A stretch of DNA of 64,000 nucleotides from Squalus acanthias. Lineage: Eukaryota. Positions 38,645 through 50,013 of this stretch are shown here, in pieces. Below the pieces are notes generated by a model that saw only the letters and a list, made by a program, of their open reading frames with translations, made no database searches and had not been told where the DNA came from. The stretch covers positions 122,948,001-123,012,000 of the forward strand of contig CM059431.1 of assembly GCA_030390025.1 (NCBI GenBank). The letters are read 5' to 3'. Each line of letters opens with the position of its first letter. The stretch's first letter is position 1. The position numbers and the translations under genes were made by a program.

Positions 38645-40216
38645 CTGTAGAGGGAGATAAACAGTGGACGCCTTATTATTTACTGTGCTTTCAAATTTCT
38701 TAAGTTGCGTCCAGTGTTTCCACCGACCTTTTCCTTTCATATTTATGCATGCGCAAGTGTCGCTAGTCATTAGGACCTCGTAGGGTCCCTGCCAGCGAGG
38801 TGCCCATCCTGGTCTGGCGGGTAAGACTCTTTCCATCACCCTGTCCCCTACTACTGGTAAATTTTGTTCTTCCTCCATTTTCTCCAATTCCATATCCCTG
38901 ACTATTTGTTGGTCCCTGACTTCCTGTCTCAGATCATGCAGTTGTTTGCATAGTTCCTTAATAAACAACCTAATCCTGTCCTGGGCTGGTCCCACGTCTT
39001 CACTACCCGTGATCGTGCCCTCGGGCAGTCTCATGTCCCGCCCAGTCATTAGTTCAAATGGGGTTAGTCTGGCTGTGCAATTGGGCGTAGCCCTCAACCT
39101 CATTAGGATGCTCGGTAGTAGGTCCGCCCATCCCCTGCCGGTCTCGGCAATGGCCTTTGTGAGTGACGCCTTTAAGATTCTATTCATTCTCTCTACCATT
39201 CCCGAGCTCTGTGGGTGGTATGGTATGTGAAACCTCTGTTTTACTCCTAATAGGGCGCATGTCTGCTCGATGACTTTGCCAGTGAAGTGTGTTCCCTGAT
39301 CTGAGTCTATTTGCAGTAGCACCCCCCATCGGGGTACTATTTCCTCAGTGAAAATCTTTGTGACGGTGGCAGCAGAGCAATCCCTTGTGGCGAATGCTTC
39401 TACCCATCGTGTGAACTGGTCTATCACCATTAGGCAATACGTTTTACCTCAGCTAGGGGGCAGTGGTCTGGTGAAGTCTATCTGGACCTGCTCCCAAGGC
39501 CCCTTAGGCCGAGGCTGGTGGAACAATCTGATCTTTACGGCCTTGCCGGTATTGTACTGGGCACAGGTAATACATCTGTGGCAATATTTTGCTACGACCC
39601 TGCCCATCCCTGGCCACCACCAGCACTGTTCTATACTCCAGTGCATAGCATTTCTTCCGGAGTGTTGATTCCCAGGATAGATTTTGAGCAGGTTTTGCCG
39701 TATGCATTCAGGGGCTACTACTCGTCCCTCCTTTTTCCAAATCCCATGCTCATCCTTGTCTGCCCCTTTCCTTTTCCACCCTTCCTTCTCTGTTTCAGTC
39801 GTTTCCTCTTGTAATTTTTGCACATTTACTTCCTCTGGAACGATGGCACAAGCTGCCACCGGCTCCAGGGTCTCAATCTCCACAGCCCCCTTTGCTGCCT
39901 CGTCTGCCCACGATTTGCCCTTTGGATATCATCCTGGACTTTCTGGTGTGCCTTGACCTTTATTACTGATGCCTGTCTGGGCAGCTTTGCCACCTCGACC
40001 AATTCCCTTACTGTCTCCTCGTGTTCTCTATGTCCCCCACCAGAGGTTATATATCCCCGTCTGCTCCAGCTGATCATGTAATCATGGACCACCCCAAAAG
40101 CGCATCTGCTATCTGTATAGATGTTCGTGGTCTGACCTTTAGCTAATTTCAGGGCTTCAGTGAATGCCGTCAATTCGACGACCTGTGCGGAAAGTCCCCC
40201 GAGGAGCCTCCCCTTA
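38489..40216 (-). pseudogene. pol: ERV pol 3' part: RNase H C-terminal half + integrase
   Basis: SAQVVELTA, NIYTDSRCAFGVVH, IKVKAH, WWWPGM..CHRCITC, QIDFT, IDSDQGTHFTG, YHPQSSGMVERMN, PRWQGPY. One frameshift and one stop. Confidence 0.93.
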
Positions 40217-40997
40217 CCAATCGCTTAAAACGGTTGTATCTTCCTAGCTGATTCAATCCCCGTGCATCCTTCCAATTTCCACTTAGGATTAAGTTGGGCA
40301 TCTCTAGCCAGGTTTGCCGGGGTACATTGGACTTTACGAGGACGTGTATATCTTCCGGGTGAAGTGAGTGTACATCTGTCATCTCCTCTAACTTATTCCA
40401 AAAGTTAGTGTTTGCATGGTTTGTTTTAGGGGTCGGGAGGTCCCTCGTCATCATCTGCTTCTCAGCTGGGGTGAACGGGACATATCGTACTGTAGTCTGA
40501 GCCTGCCCATTTCCCAGTTGTTTAATCTCCATCGTAATAGGGGCCATGGCCATTACGCCCTTCGTCCCTGGTTTCTGGCAGTGGCGGGGCCGATGGTCCC
40601 TCTGCGTCATATTTAGGTGGGGGCTCCCAACCCCCGTCATCGTCCTGTCTGTCGTAATCTGCGGCTTCTTTCTCTAATTCTCCCCAGTCAACGTCGTCAT
40701 TATCGTCTGTCGCTCTAAACCTTGGTCCCGGTGCCCGCACCGCACTGACCTTAACCTTTTCCTTTCCTATATAACTTTGTACATGTCCACTGAGTCCTAA
40801 GTAGCTACTAATAATGATAAGAATTCCCTTCTCTTCCTTACCCTTACACTGGGAGTCCCACAATTTCCTTTGCCTGTCCGGACTGTCGTTCGGACTCCAG
40901 CCTTTCTTTTTCATTTTCTCGATTAGTTTCTTATTTTTTTCTGCTATAAATTTGGTTATGGACCCTTCCAGTCCCCAATCTTCCCTCCTGTGGCCAT
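40217..40997 (-). pseudogene. gag: ERV gag N-terminal portion, frameshifted and truncated
   Basis: Position between PBS and pol. ATG at 40997, basic MA-like part, PPPKY/PSAPP late-domain-like motifs, capsid-like YVPFTPAE...FWNKLEEMTDVHSLHPED. Confidence 0.75.
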
Positions 40998-41248
40998 TTT
41001 TTAAAATTCCTCTGACCTGCGCAAACGGTAACTTGGGCCTTCCTGCTACAACGCGGTTCTGGTTACCTACGGCGGCTCGCTGTTCTACTACGCAGAGATC
41101 ACTCCACTACCCGCTAGTCTCCTGTTCAGATTCCCTACATTCTCACGTTCAGCCTTCTGGGGTTCCGCACCTAACTATGGGTGGTAATATAAGGTACTCA
41201 CCCGACTTGCGGTCCCATTATGGTTGGTCGTTCGACTGCGTCCTGGGA

Positions 41249-41266
41249 ATCCTGCCGACTACGTCA
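41249..41266 (-). promoter_or_regulatory. Primer-binding site, tRNA-Ser
   Basis: TGACGTAGTCGGCAGGAT, 3 nt after the 5' LTR. One mismatch to TGGCGTAGTCGGCAGGAT, the complement of a vertebrate tRNA-Ser 3' end. Confidence 0.85.
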
Positions 41267-41269
41267 ACT

Positions 41270-41771
41270 TGTTGTGGGTTTTCTCTCTGCCCGAAAGCAG
41301 ATGGAGACGAGCGTGTACTGGTTCCAAGTGATCTTTATTTAAGCACGTGCAGGGAGAGGCCTTCTCAGTCTGAGCTAAGACGGGAGTCTAATTTTTACAT
41401 TCGAGCAGTTGGCTTATATACAATCTTACATCTTGTTTCCTTCATATCTTCGGGACTTGGCCAATGAATTGTCCAAGTCACGTACACTTAATCACATCTC
41501 CACAAAACACATCTTGTTTATCTCATTTGCCCTGTTTCCACATCTGCCATTGTTCTACTCTTTAGCTCTTATCCAATTTTGTACACTTAACCACATCTTC
41601 GCAAATCACATTGGCAGCCCATTGTTCAATGTATGGCCTCCTTGCCTTCTTTCACTCCCCCAATTATCGTGTAATATGCTTTTTCCAACTGTCTTTGTTC
41701 TGTCAGACTTCTCCTTTATTACATCAGCTAGCTAATCAGTTAAGCCGCTAATCTAACTTTTAACCCCTTCA
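41270..41771 (-). repeat. ERV 5' LTR (502 bp)
   Basis: Matches 35903-36396. Minus-strand TATA-like TATATAAG near 41413-41420. Confidence 0.95.
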
Positions 41772-41934
41772 CCACCCAATCAAAATTCCTCAGTGATGGG
41801 TTCAGTGGGGAAGAATTTATCTGTCCTCCATCTGTACCAAAATCATAACTATGATTATACATTAACAATTTTGCCACAAATGATGAACAGAGGAAATTTT
41901 CTTCTGGGTTTGTAAGGTTGCTTAAGAGCACAAT

Positions 41935-42094
41935 GGGGGTCATTTTGACTTTGAGCGATAGTGTAAAATGGGTGATGTTGATTCAAGTGCCCATTATACA
42001 TTTCTCACAAAATTAAAATTGGGAGACATGTATAACGAGCAGCTGAATCGACATCACCCATTTTACACGCTCGCCCAAAGTCAAAATAATCCCC
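41935..42094. mobile_element. Palindromic MITE
   Basis: Inverted arms ATTTTGACTTTGAGCGATAGTGTAAAATGGGTGATG / CATCACCCATTTTACACGCTCGCCCAAAGTCAAAAT. Confidence 0.75.
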
Positions 42095-42160
42095 TATTTT
42101 TTGTTAAAAGCAAACATTTAGAGAGAAAGTAGTGAAGAGAAGACAGCTTATGTAGAGTGA

Positions 42161-42304
42161 AGGGGTGAACTTCAACGTTGGCGGGATCACAAACAGGTGA
42201 AAGTGGATTTGCCGCCCATTATGCAAATGAGAAGCAAAATGGAACGAGTTGTACAATGGGCTTCTGATCTATTCCTGCCCTTGCGGAAGTTGAATTTCAC
42301 TCCC
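42161..42304. mobile_element. Decayed palindromic MITE
   Basis: GGGGTGAACTTCAAC / GTTGAATTTCACTCC termini. Confidence 0.5.
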
Positions 42305-42321
42305 AGAATGTCAAGAGACTA

Positions 42322-45300
42322 GGGCCCTGATATTAACTTGGAGATGCGTTGGGAGAGATGGGGGTTCGATATCACTTGTGAAACCAGGAAGTAAGTACAG
42401 CGCGTCTATCTGTGGCTTTTTAATGTAGCCAGCTCATTATCATTTTACTTCCAGGTTTGACATCGATTGCGCTGTAGTGGGTACGATGTCATCTTGACTT
42501 CAGCAGCGAGTGAAATATGATCGTCTTCAGAATGATAAGTTGCAACATTCTTATCTTGCCAGTACTAATTCATATCTTTTATCTCTTCCCGGTTCTACAC
42601 GCATGCAGCAGCAGCCAATGGATGCCGCGGATGCTGATTCCTCAGAGGAGCTGATTCGTTTTGAGGGTGCACTGTCATAGGACTCATGCATACCAAGCAA
42701 CAGCTCAGATACTCGCACTTCCGTGGGACCAGTAAGACAGATAGTTGGGTTTTCATCTGGGGACTCACACATCACAAGTGTGCAAGGACAGATGTGTTGG
42801 CCAATCTTCCCTGTAATTTATTTTGTGCCGTGCAACCCCTTAACGAGCTGCATGATGGTATCGCAGGGCATTGTGGAACATCAAATGCGTCAATCCAATG
42901 ATTTCATGCAATCCTTGAACACAGCCATGCAGACTCTGGATGCCAACATGTCTGCCGCCTTAAACAGGATGACAGATACTTGGCCTTACAGCAACCCACT
43001 GATCTGCACCAAAGTGCTCTCCAGCAGAGTGGGCCATGAGAGGTGAAAGGGGACATGGAATTGGGTACTCCACTCAAAGCGCTTCCACTTCTCACCCGTT
43101 GCACCCCCTGCCACCCCAGTCAGTATCCGACATTCTGCCTCGTGTCCTGATGGCCGAGTCTGCCCTGCAGAGGTACGGGTGGAGCAGTCTTTGGCGGGGC
43201 CCTCACGGGCTCCAAAACCCAGAGGATGTCGGCCAAGAGCATCTCCGCAGTCAGAGCAAGGATCTGAGCAGCCTGCCTCTACTTCTGCTGAAGCCACAGG
43301 GGGTTGCACCACGTAGAAGCGGTAGGAAATGGAAGAGGAAAGCTTTGCATTTGCACAAGGTTATGCACATAGGTGAGAAAATGTTATACTGTGAAGTTTC
43401 TATTCTTTAGTTCAATCACATAAATTTTGTTCTTTTGCAACAGTTTCCCACCTTGCCCATTCTTGATTGCTGGGTGGCAAGTCGCCTTTTAAGTTGCTTG
43501 ATAATGAGTGAGAAGACATGAATAGATGGGGACCAATTGGGGGATGTGCAAATGGTGGTTGTTTGTTTACAGGATTGCTTTGTGTCAGTGGCATGGGGAG
43601 GGGTAAGGGTGGGGGTGGGAAGTGTGGCCATTGCATGTGCTTCTGACACCGATCCACTGCTGCAACCTAAGTGAACCTTGCATTAATAAGGGCATCCCTG
43701 GCAGCAATGTGAGCAGCTGGTGCTGCATTGCCCTCGTCATCTTCCACCTTTGTGTAGCTCCTCTGAATTGTCCGAAGAGGATCTGCGCTCTGCGCCTTGT
43801 TTCTCCTGCAGGTCCAAACTTCGCTGTTGCATCATGTTGTGCAGAGCGTAGCATACAGTGACCATTCTGTACATGTGGTGCTTACAGAAGGGCACCTCCG
43901 GATCTGTCTAGGCACCTGAAGCGCATCTTCAGCTTGCTGATGGCTTGTTCGATTACACATCTGGTGGTCATATAGCATTCATTGTAGCGCTGTTGGGCTT
44001 CAGTTGTCGGGTTTCTGACAGATTTCATCAGCCAAGTTTTAAGTGGGTATCCCTTGTCTCCTAGCAGCCACCCCTTAAATGTGCTTCCAGATGCAAAGAT
44101 CTCAGGGAGCTTGAAAGGCTGTAGGACAAAAGTATCATGGCAGCTCCACAGGAATCCTACACACATCTGCAAAAATATCTTTTTGTGGTTGCACACCAGC
44201 TGCACATTGATGGTGTGGAACACCTTGTGGTTCATGAATACTCCTGGTTGATCTGCGGGTGCCCGGATTGCCACATGTGTGCAGTCGATGGCGTTCTCCA
44301 CCTGTGGGAAGCCATTCAGAGACGCAAACCCGAGCACCCGCTCATTCTAACTGGTGTCATCACAAACGAAGTTGACATATTTGCCGGCCCTGGCAAACAG
44401 TCACCTGTCTTATGCATTTGTGTGCCACCAGACTGGGAGATCCTGGATATGTCTCTGATAGAGCCCTGGAAAGATCCAGAGGCAAAAAAGTTGAGGGTGA
44501 TGGTGCCTTTAACAACCACTAGTAACACGTGGCCACCAGGCCCACCAGGCAGCAGGTCGCAGTAGTAGGTTGCAGATGTCTGCCACCACCTGATATGACA
44601 ACCTGAGCCTCCGGAAGTACTGCTGTTCGGACATGTCAATGATTCTCAGCCTCTGCCTGTGCACCCTGTGTTGCGGGTAGTGCCTCCTGCGAGCTCCACC
44701 CTTCTGCTGCTCCCCTTTTTGCTGTCCAACTGTAGGTCTCTGAAGAGCAGGTGCTGCTGATTTTGGTCCCCTCTCTGATGCCTCTCAATAGCAGGCTGAT
44801 GCTGGTGCTGGTAATATTGCTCCTCGTCTGAGGTCCAATCAAAGGCAACCAAAGCGCTAACCATCCAGATGTGATTCAGAAAACCTCTAAAGTGTAGAAA
44901 GTAAACTCTCAGCAAAAGTACTGTGAACAAACCCTTTACCACTAGTAGGTAAGAAAGCAGCTGTGTGTACTGAGCACTTATTGCAGTATTTCCATGAGTT
45001 TGAATTAGCCCCTTCAATTGACGATGTGTTCTCGCCTTGCTTTCACTTGTGAGTTTCAGGAAGCTTGGGAAACCCGTGGATAAGCCATTAAATTTGATAG
45101 CCAGTTGAAATATCACTCCAATTGAGCGTTAAGCATATGTTAATAGGCAACCCGCCTCTCCTGAGGGTGTTGCGCGCGAGCAGCCTAACGCTCTCTAGTT
45201 AAACGTAGAAGTCGGCGGGTTGGACACGCTTGTATTTTTCCTGGTTTTCACCCCCATCTGCACCCAAACCCACGCGCTCCTTGAGGTTAAAATTCCCCCC
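42322..45300. mobile_element. Degenerate PIF/Harbinger transposon (partner remnant +, transposase -)
   Basis: [45 protein letters not shown] in ORF 43882-44337. Partner C-terminus LAGPSRAPKPRG...VAPRRSGRK at 43190-43345. Weak TIRs. Confidence 0.85.
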
Positions 45301-46655
45301 TAACTTGCTGTGACTGGGACTGGGACAGATATAAAGAACAGCAAAGAAAGACAAAAAGAAAGTAAGAGCGGCAAAAGGGAATACGAAAAGAAACTTGCGA
45401 GGGATATCAAGATAAATACCAAAAGTTTTTACAATTATATTAGAAGAAAAAGGGTAGTCAAGGGTTATGTGGGCCCTTAAAAACAGATGGGTTTAATATT
45501 GCAAATGAAAATAAGGAAATGGCAGACCTGTTGAATGGTTATTTTGTGTCAGTCTTCACAGTAGAGGAACTGGATGCTGTAACTGACATTCCAAGGAAAT
45601 TAATAATGAATCAAGGACTGGAACTCACTAAAGCTAACATAAGAAAGAAAACAGTATTAGACAATATGGTGGCACTAAAGACTGACAAATCCCCAGGATC
45701 TAATGGTTTCTACCCCAGGGTTTTAAAGGAAGTAGGTGAGGAAATTGCATATGCTTTAGTCGTAATCTTCCAAAGCTCTCTCGATTCAGGAATTGTCCCT
45801 TTAGATTGGATGATTGCAAATATAACTCCATTATTTAAGAAAGGTGAGAGAGAGAAACCAGGAAATTATAGACCTGCTAGCCGAACATCTGTTATAGAGA
45901 AGTTATTGGAATTTATAATTAAGGACAAAGTGACTGAGCGCTGAGAGAAATTTGAGCTGATTAGAGAGAGCCAACATGGATTTGTAAAGGGTAGGTCATG
46001 TCCAATGAACCTAATTGAATTTTTTGAGGAAGTAACTAGAGTAATAGACAGGGGAGTGTCTATGGATGAAGTTTATATGGACTTCCAGAAGACATTCAAT
46101 AAGCTTCCACATAAGAGACTGTTAGCGAAAATTAAAACTCATGGGGGTAAAAATTCAGTTGGTTGCGCCTCCCGTTAGCGCCTTAAATGGGCGCTAATGG
46201 GGCGTTAAGGCGCTAACGCCCGGGCGCAGCGATGTTTGCGCCGCTCGAGAACTTAACTTGAGATTGTGCGGCAGCGCTAAAACTTACCGCTGCGACCACC
46301 TGCGCGCGCAGATTGTGACGTCAGTCCGTGGTGCAACGCCCTTGGGGCGCCCCGGAGCGGAAATTGAGTGGCGCCCCCTGCCTTACCGCCTGGCGCTTCC
46401 AACGACCGGAAGACTGGAACGTTATCAATCGGTCTGGGGCTGGGGGGGGCGCTATTTAAAGGGGGCCTCTTCCTGTCTTTTTCTGTGGTCGACATTTATG
46501 CACCACTCGTTCTGAGAGAGAGAGAGAGATTCGGAGAGAGAGAGAGAGAGACTTCTACATTGACTCAACGCTTTGTGAGGTAGTTTTGCCTAGTTCATCC
46601 TAACTTTGCTGCTACTTTCGTTGCTGTACCTCATTACTTTTCTGGCAAAGAGAAG

Positions 46656-47816
46656 ATGGGGGCTGCAATGATTGGGGGCGTCGTCCTGCTCCAGCTCAAT
46701 CGGAGCAGAGTGAGACGCAGACAGAGAGTGGCAATGATGGCCAGACAGAGGAGGCCCATCAGGCGCATGTACAGGAGAGCTTACCCTCCCAGGGTATATC
46801 GTGAACAGCTCTCCTACATCCACATGTCCGAGGAGCTGTGTTTGCGAAGGCTGCGATTCAGCAAGGAGGTGGTCACTGAGCTCTGCCACCTGCTGCAGCC
46901 AGATCTGCAGCCTCAGCTGAGGTCCAGGACGTCTCTGTCGGTGGCAGTGAAGGTCACAGTGGCCTTGAACTTCTACGCCACTGGCTCATTCCAAGCTGCT
47001 GTTGGGGACCTCGCCAATATCTCCCAGTTTGCGGTGCATCGCTGCATCCGGCAGGTCACCAATGCCCTCTTCACAAGGAGACGAGACTTCATCTCCTTCC
47101 CTATGACCCCAGACAAGCAGCATGACCGTGCTATGGGCTTTGCGAGGGTAGCGGGCTTCCCCATGGTGCAGGGCGCCATTGACTGCACGCATGTGGCTTT
47201 GCGTGCTCCGCGAGAGAATGCAGAGGAGTTCCGGAACAGAAAGGGGTTCCATTCCTTGAATGTGCAGTTGGTCTGTGACCACAGACAGGTGATTCTCGCT
47301 GTCAATGCCCACTATCCGGGCAGCTGCCACGATGCTTTCATCCTGCGCCAGAGTACTGTGGCAGAAATTTTCGAGGCACCGCATCAGCCAGTCGGTTGGC
47401 TTCTGGGGGACAAGGGGTACGCATTGAGCACCTGGCTGATGACACCGCTCCGTGCGCCAAACACCCCTGCTGAGCTGCGGTACCAGGAAAGCCAACAAGC
47501 AACGAGGAACATTATTGAGCGCACAATCGGCGTGCTCAAACAACGATTCCGCTGTCTGGACCATTCCGGAGGAGCCCTGCAGTACTCGCCTGAGCAAGTT
47601 TCCAAATTCGTAGTGGTGTGCTGCATGTTGCACAACATGGCAATCCTCAGGACGCAGCCAATGCCACCAGGCCTTGCAGCACCACAAGAGGAGGAGGAGG
47701 AAGAGGAGGAACAGGCCGAGGACGATGATCAGCAGCAGCACCAAGGCAGGAGGGCGGCCCACAATGGTCAAACTGCAAGGGCCGTCCGTCAACGACTAAT
47801 AGCAAGCCGCTTCTAG
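46656..47816 (+). CDS. Harbinger (HARBI1-like) DDE transposase, uninterrupted, 386 aa
   Basis: ATG-to-TAG ORF with HTH region VKVTVALNFYATGSFQ and catalytic GAIDCTH, YPGSCHD, LLGDKGY, IERTIGVLKQRFRCL. Acidic C-terminal tract. Confidence 0.95.
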   Translation: MGAAMIGGVVLLQLNRSRVRRRQRVAMMARQRRPIRRMYRRAYPPRVYREQLSYIHMSEELCLRRLRFSKEVVTELCHLLQPDLQPQLRSRTSLSVAVKVTVALNFYATGSFQAAVGDLANISQFAVHRCIRQVTNALFTRRRDFISFPMTPDKQHDRAMGFARVAGFPMVQGAIDCTHVALRAPRENAEEFRNRKGFHSLNVQLVCDHRQVILAVNAHYPGSCHDAFILRQSTVAEIFEAPHQPVGWLLGDKGYALSTWLMTPLRAPNTPAELRYQESQQATRNIIERTIGVLKQRFRCLDHSGGALQYSPEQVSKFVVVCCMLHNMAILRTQPMPPGLAAPQEEEEEEEEQAEDDDQQQHQGRRAAHNGQTARAVRQRLIASRF

Positions 47817-48110
47817 GGCCCCTGCCAGTGCTACAAACACGAATCAACCCAGCACGCAACCCCTAAGCCGGCCAAGGCACCAATAATTCCAACCACCAGC
47901 CATGTATATTTTGAATACAGAAACTTATTTATTGTACAAACTCTGTGTGTGTCAATTCCTCATGACAAACTCATAGAAATAAACACAAAAAAACAGTCAA
48001 TAATATAACTGGTTCTCACAACCTGGAGATAATGTCCAAAACACTAAACAAAAGTTGGGCCATGAACCTCGGCCTTTAATAAAAAAATGACCAGCATTTT
48101 GGCACACCTC

Positions 48111-50013
48111 CTACTTTTTGCCCTTCGAGGGTGATCTCCTTCCCTTGCGCACTTCCCCCCTTCTCACCCTACTGCTCCTCCGTAATGGGACCTCAGTGGC
48201 TGCAGCAAGGCTGGTGGAAGGCTGCTGCTTGTCAGACCCTGACACTGCAGATGCCCCTGAAGGCCGGCCTCGACCACTTCTGGGCCTGGAGGGCCCGGCT
48301 GCAGACTGCACCAACTCTGCATGGGCGGCAGCAGTCTGTCCGACAGGCGGTGGCAAGTGCAGTGGAGAAGTGACAGTGTTGGCAGCAGGAATGCTGTCAT
48401 CGTGAGAGAGGACAGCAACTCCCTGCTCGCCCGACACACTGGCACTCCCACGGGGCAGCACTTCAGCATCCGGAGCAATTTGCCTGAGAACAGATTGCTG
48501 GCCTGCTGCGGCGCGGTGACAGCCCCGGGGACATGTGCACGAACCATCGAGGATGGCAGCAGTCAGTGCTCGCGTGGCCTCAATCTGAGTCTGCATGAGA
48601 GCAGGCTCAGATGGGTTCCTGGCAGCCAGTGACTGAATTGCAGCAGTAAGCTTTAGTGTGGCATCCGCCTGTGCTACAGCGAAGTGCTCCACACTCCTTG
48701 CCAGTGCCTCAATGCATTCGGGCACCCTTCCCACTGCACCCATGAGCTCAGTGTGCATGACCACCGCCTGGCTGTTCATTTCTGCAATCATCCGCTCCTC
48801 CTCTGCGTCCATTGCATTAGGAGTGTCTGGCATACTCTCCCTCTGGGGAGAAGGCTCCCGTTCTTCCCTCCCCCCCCCATGGCGTTGCTGCAGCCCGCTG
48901 GGTCCTGGAACTTCACCATCATCAGCCCCTTCCCCCCTGCTCCCCCGTTCTTCCCTCCCCCCCCATGGCGTTGCTGCAGCCCGCTGGGTCCTGGAACTTC
49001 ACCATCATCAGCCCCTTCCCCCCTGCTCCCCTCCGGGGAAGGCGTGTTCCCAGTGTGGCCATGGGCTTCCTCGGGAGAGGGTGGCACTGATGCTCCGGCT
49101 TCCTCCTCAGCTGCAGCATCACTCCCAGTGGCAGCTTCAGGGACCATCTCCTCAGCTGGTGAATCACCATCTGAAAGCAGGGAGGTACAAGAGTGGCTTT
49201 AGCGTGAGGACAGGGTGGCAGTAAGGGAGGAATAAGTGCAGCGAGTTAGCAAGTTGGATTGAAAGTGTCAAAGGCTGGTATTGTGAGGGACAAGTGGAAG
49301 GACAGAGGACAAAAAGGTGATGACCTTACCATTGCTGTCCACAACGGGGTCGGCGTCTCCAGTGGCGACGGGACCGATCACCCGGCTTGCCACAATCCTG
49401 TGGACGCGCTCCTCCAGATCGCTGAGGGGTTGCAGCTGAAGCCGCCCTCCACCCGTCCGTTGCTGCTGTGTCCGATTATGAGCCAGCTTAGCCTGCAAGA
49501 AAAAGGACAGCATCTGAGTCAATATACAGCCATGGTCTTGCCTGATGTGCCTCCCATAGGTGAATAGCCCTTACAATATGCAGCCATGGTCTTGCCTGAT
49601 GTGCCTCCCATAGGTGAATAGCCCTTACTGTATGCAAAGTGTGGAATGTGTGTGTGTGTTTGATGAAAGGGCCATAGGTGTTGGATGAGTGTTGTGCATT
49701 GGGGTTTTAAGACCCTCTGGCCATAGAGTGAGGTTGAGATGGAGGGATGGAGAGGTATTGAGAAAAAGCCACTCACCCTGACGACCCGAGTGAGGTCGTT
49801 GAACTTTTTGCGGCACTGGACATGGGTCCTGGGCACCATGCTCCTGGAGGAGACGCTCTGAGCCACCTCCCTCCACACTCTTCTGAACTCGCGTGGCAAA
49901 GGCCTCCTGCCACTCTCTGGGAACAGCATGCATCGTCTGCGCTCCACTGCGTCAACCAGAGCATCCAAGGCCCGCTCGGTGAAGCGATGAGCGCGTTCTC
50001 TCACCCTCTCCAT
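48111..50013 (-). CDS. Myb/SANT-like (trihelix) DNA-binding partner protein, three exons (50013-49777, 49492-49330, 49170-48111), one 1-bp frameshift in a G run
   Basis: Exon 1 RAHRFTERALDALVDAV...WREVAQSV...RTHVQCRKKFNDL ends at GTGAGT (phase 0). Exon 2 TTGCAG|AKLAHNR..RTGGG ends at GTAAG (phase 1). Exon 3 TTTCAG| joins in frame. ~486 aa if the C run at 48957-48964 is 9 rather than 8. Confidence 0.85.
48858..49030. repeat. 86/87-bp tandem duplication in Myb-partner exon 3
   Basis: Two copies of CCCGTTCTTCCCT(C)nATGGCG...CCCCCCTGCTCCC that differ in C-run length (9 vs 8). Confidence 0.92.
49520..49628. repeat. 54-bp tandem duplication in Myb-partner intron 1
   Basis: CAATATRCAGCCATGGTCTTGCCTGATGTGCCTCCCATAGGTGAATAGCCCTTA twice, one mismatch. 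Confidence 0.92.

Larger units (their letters stand above)
35903..41771 (-). mobile_element. Endogenous retrovirus, internally deleted (LTR-gag'-'RH-IN-env-LTR)
   Basis: Paired TG...CA LTRs, PBS, PPT, TSD CTACC/CCACC, retroviral RNase H and integrase motifs, env with TM anchor. Confidence 0.95.

Noticed and set aside
40814..41735. Plus-strand ORFs of 217 and 108 aa across the ERV leader/LTR as antisense accessory genes
   Set aside because: No recognisable motifs. They overlap decayed gag and LTR sequence, and the LTR ORF differs between the two LTRs.
46986..47792. 268-aa antisense ORF with hydrophobic N-terminus
   Set aside because: Shadow of the transposase. The hydrophobic run is the antisense of the GAG/GAA acidic tract.
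46656..47816. Domesticated host gene HARBI1
   Set aside because: It lies between TIRs with a TSD inside a CR1 and has a transposon partner gene, so it is a mobile copy.
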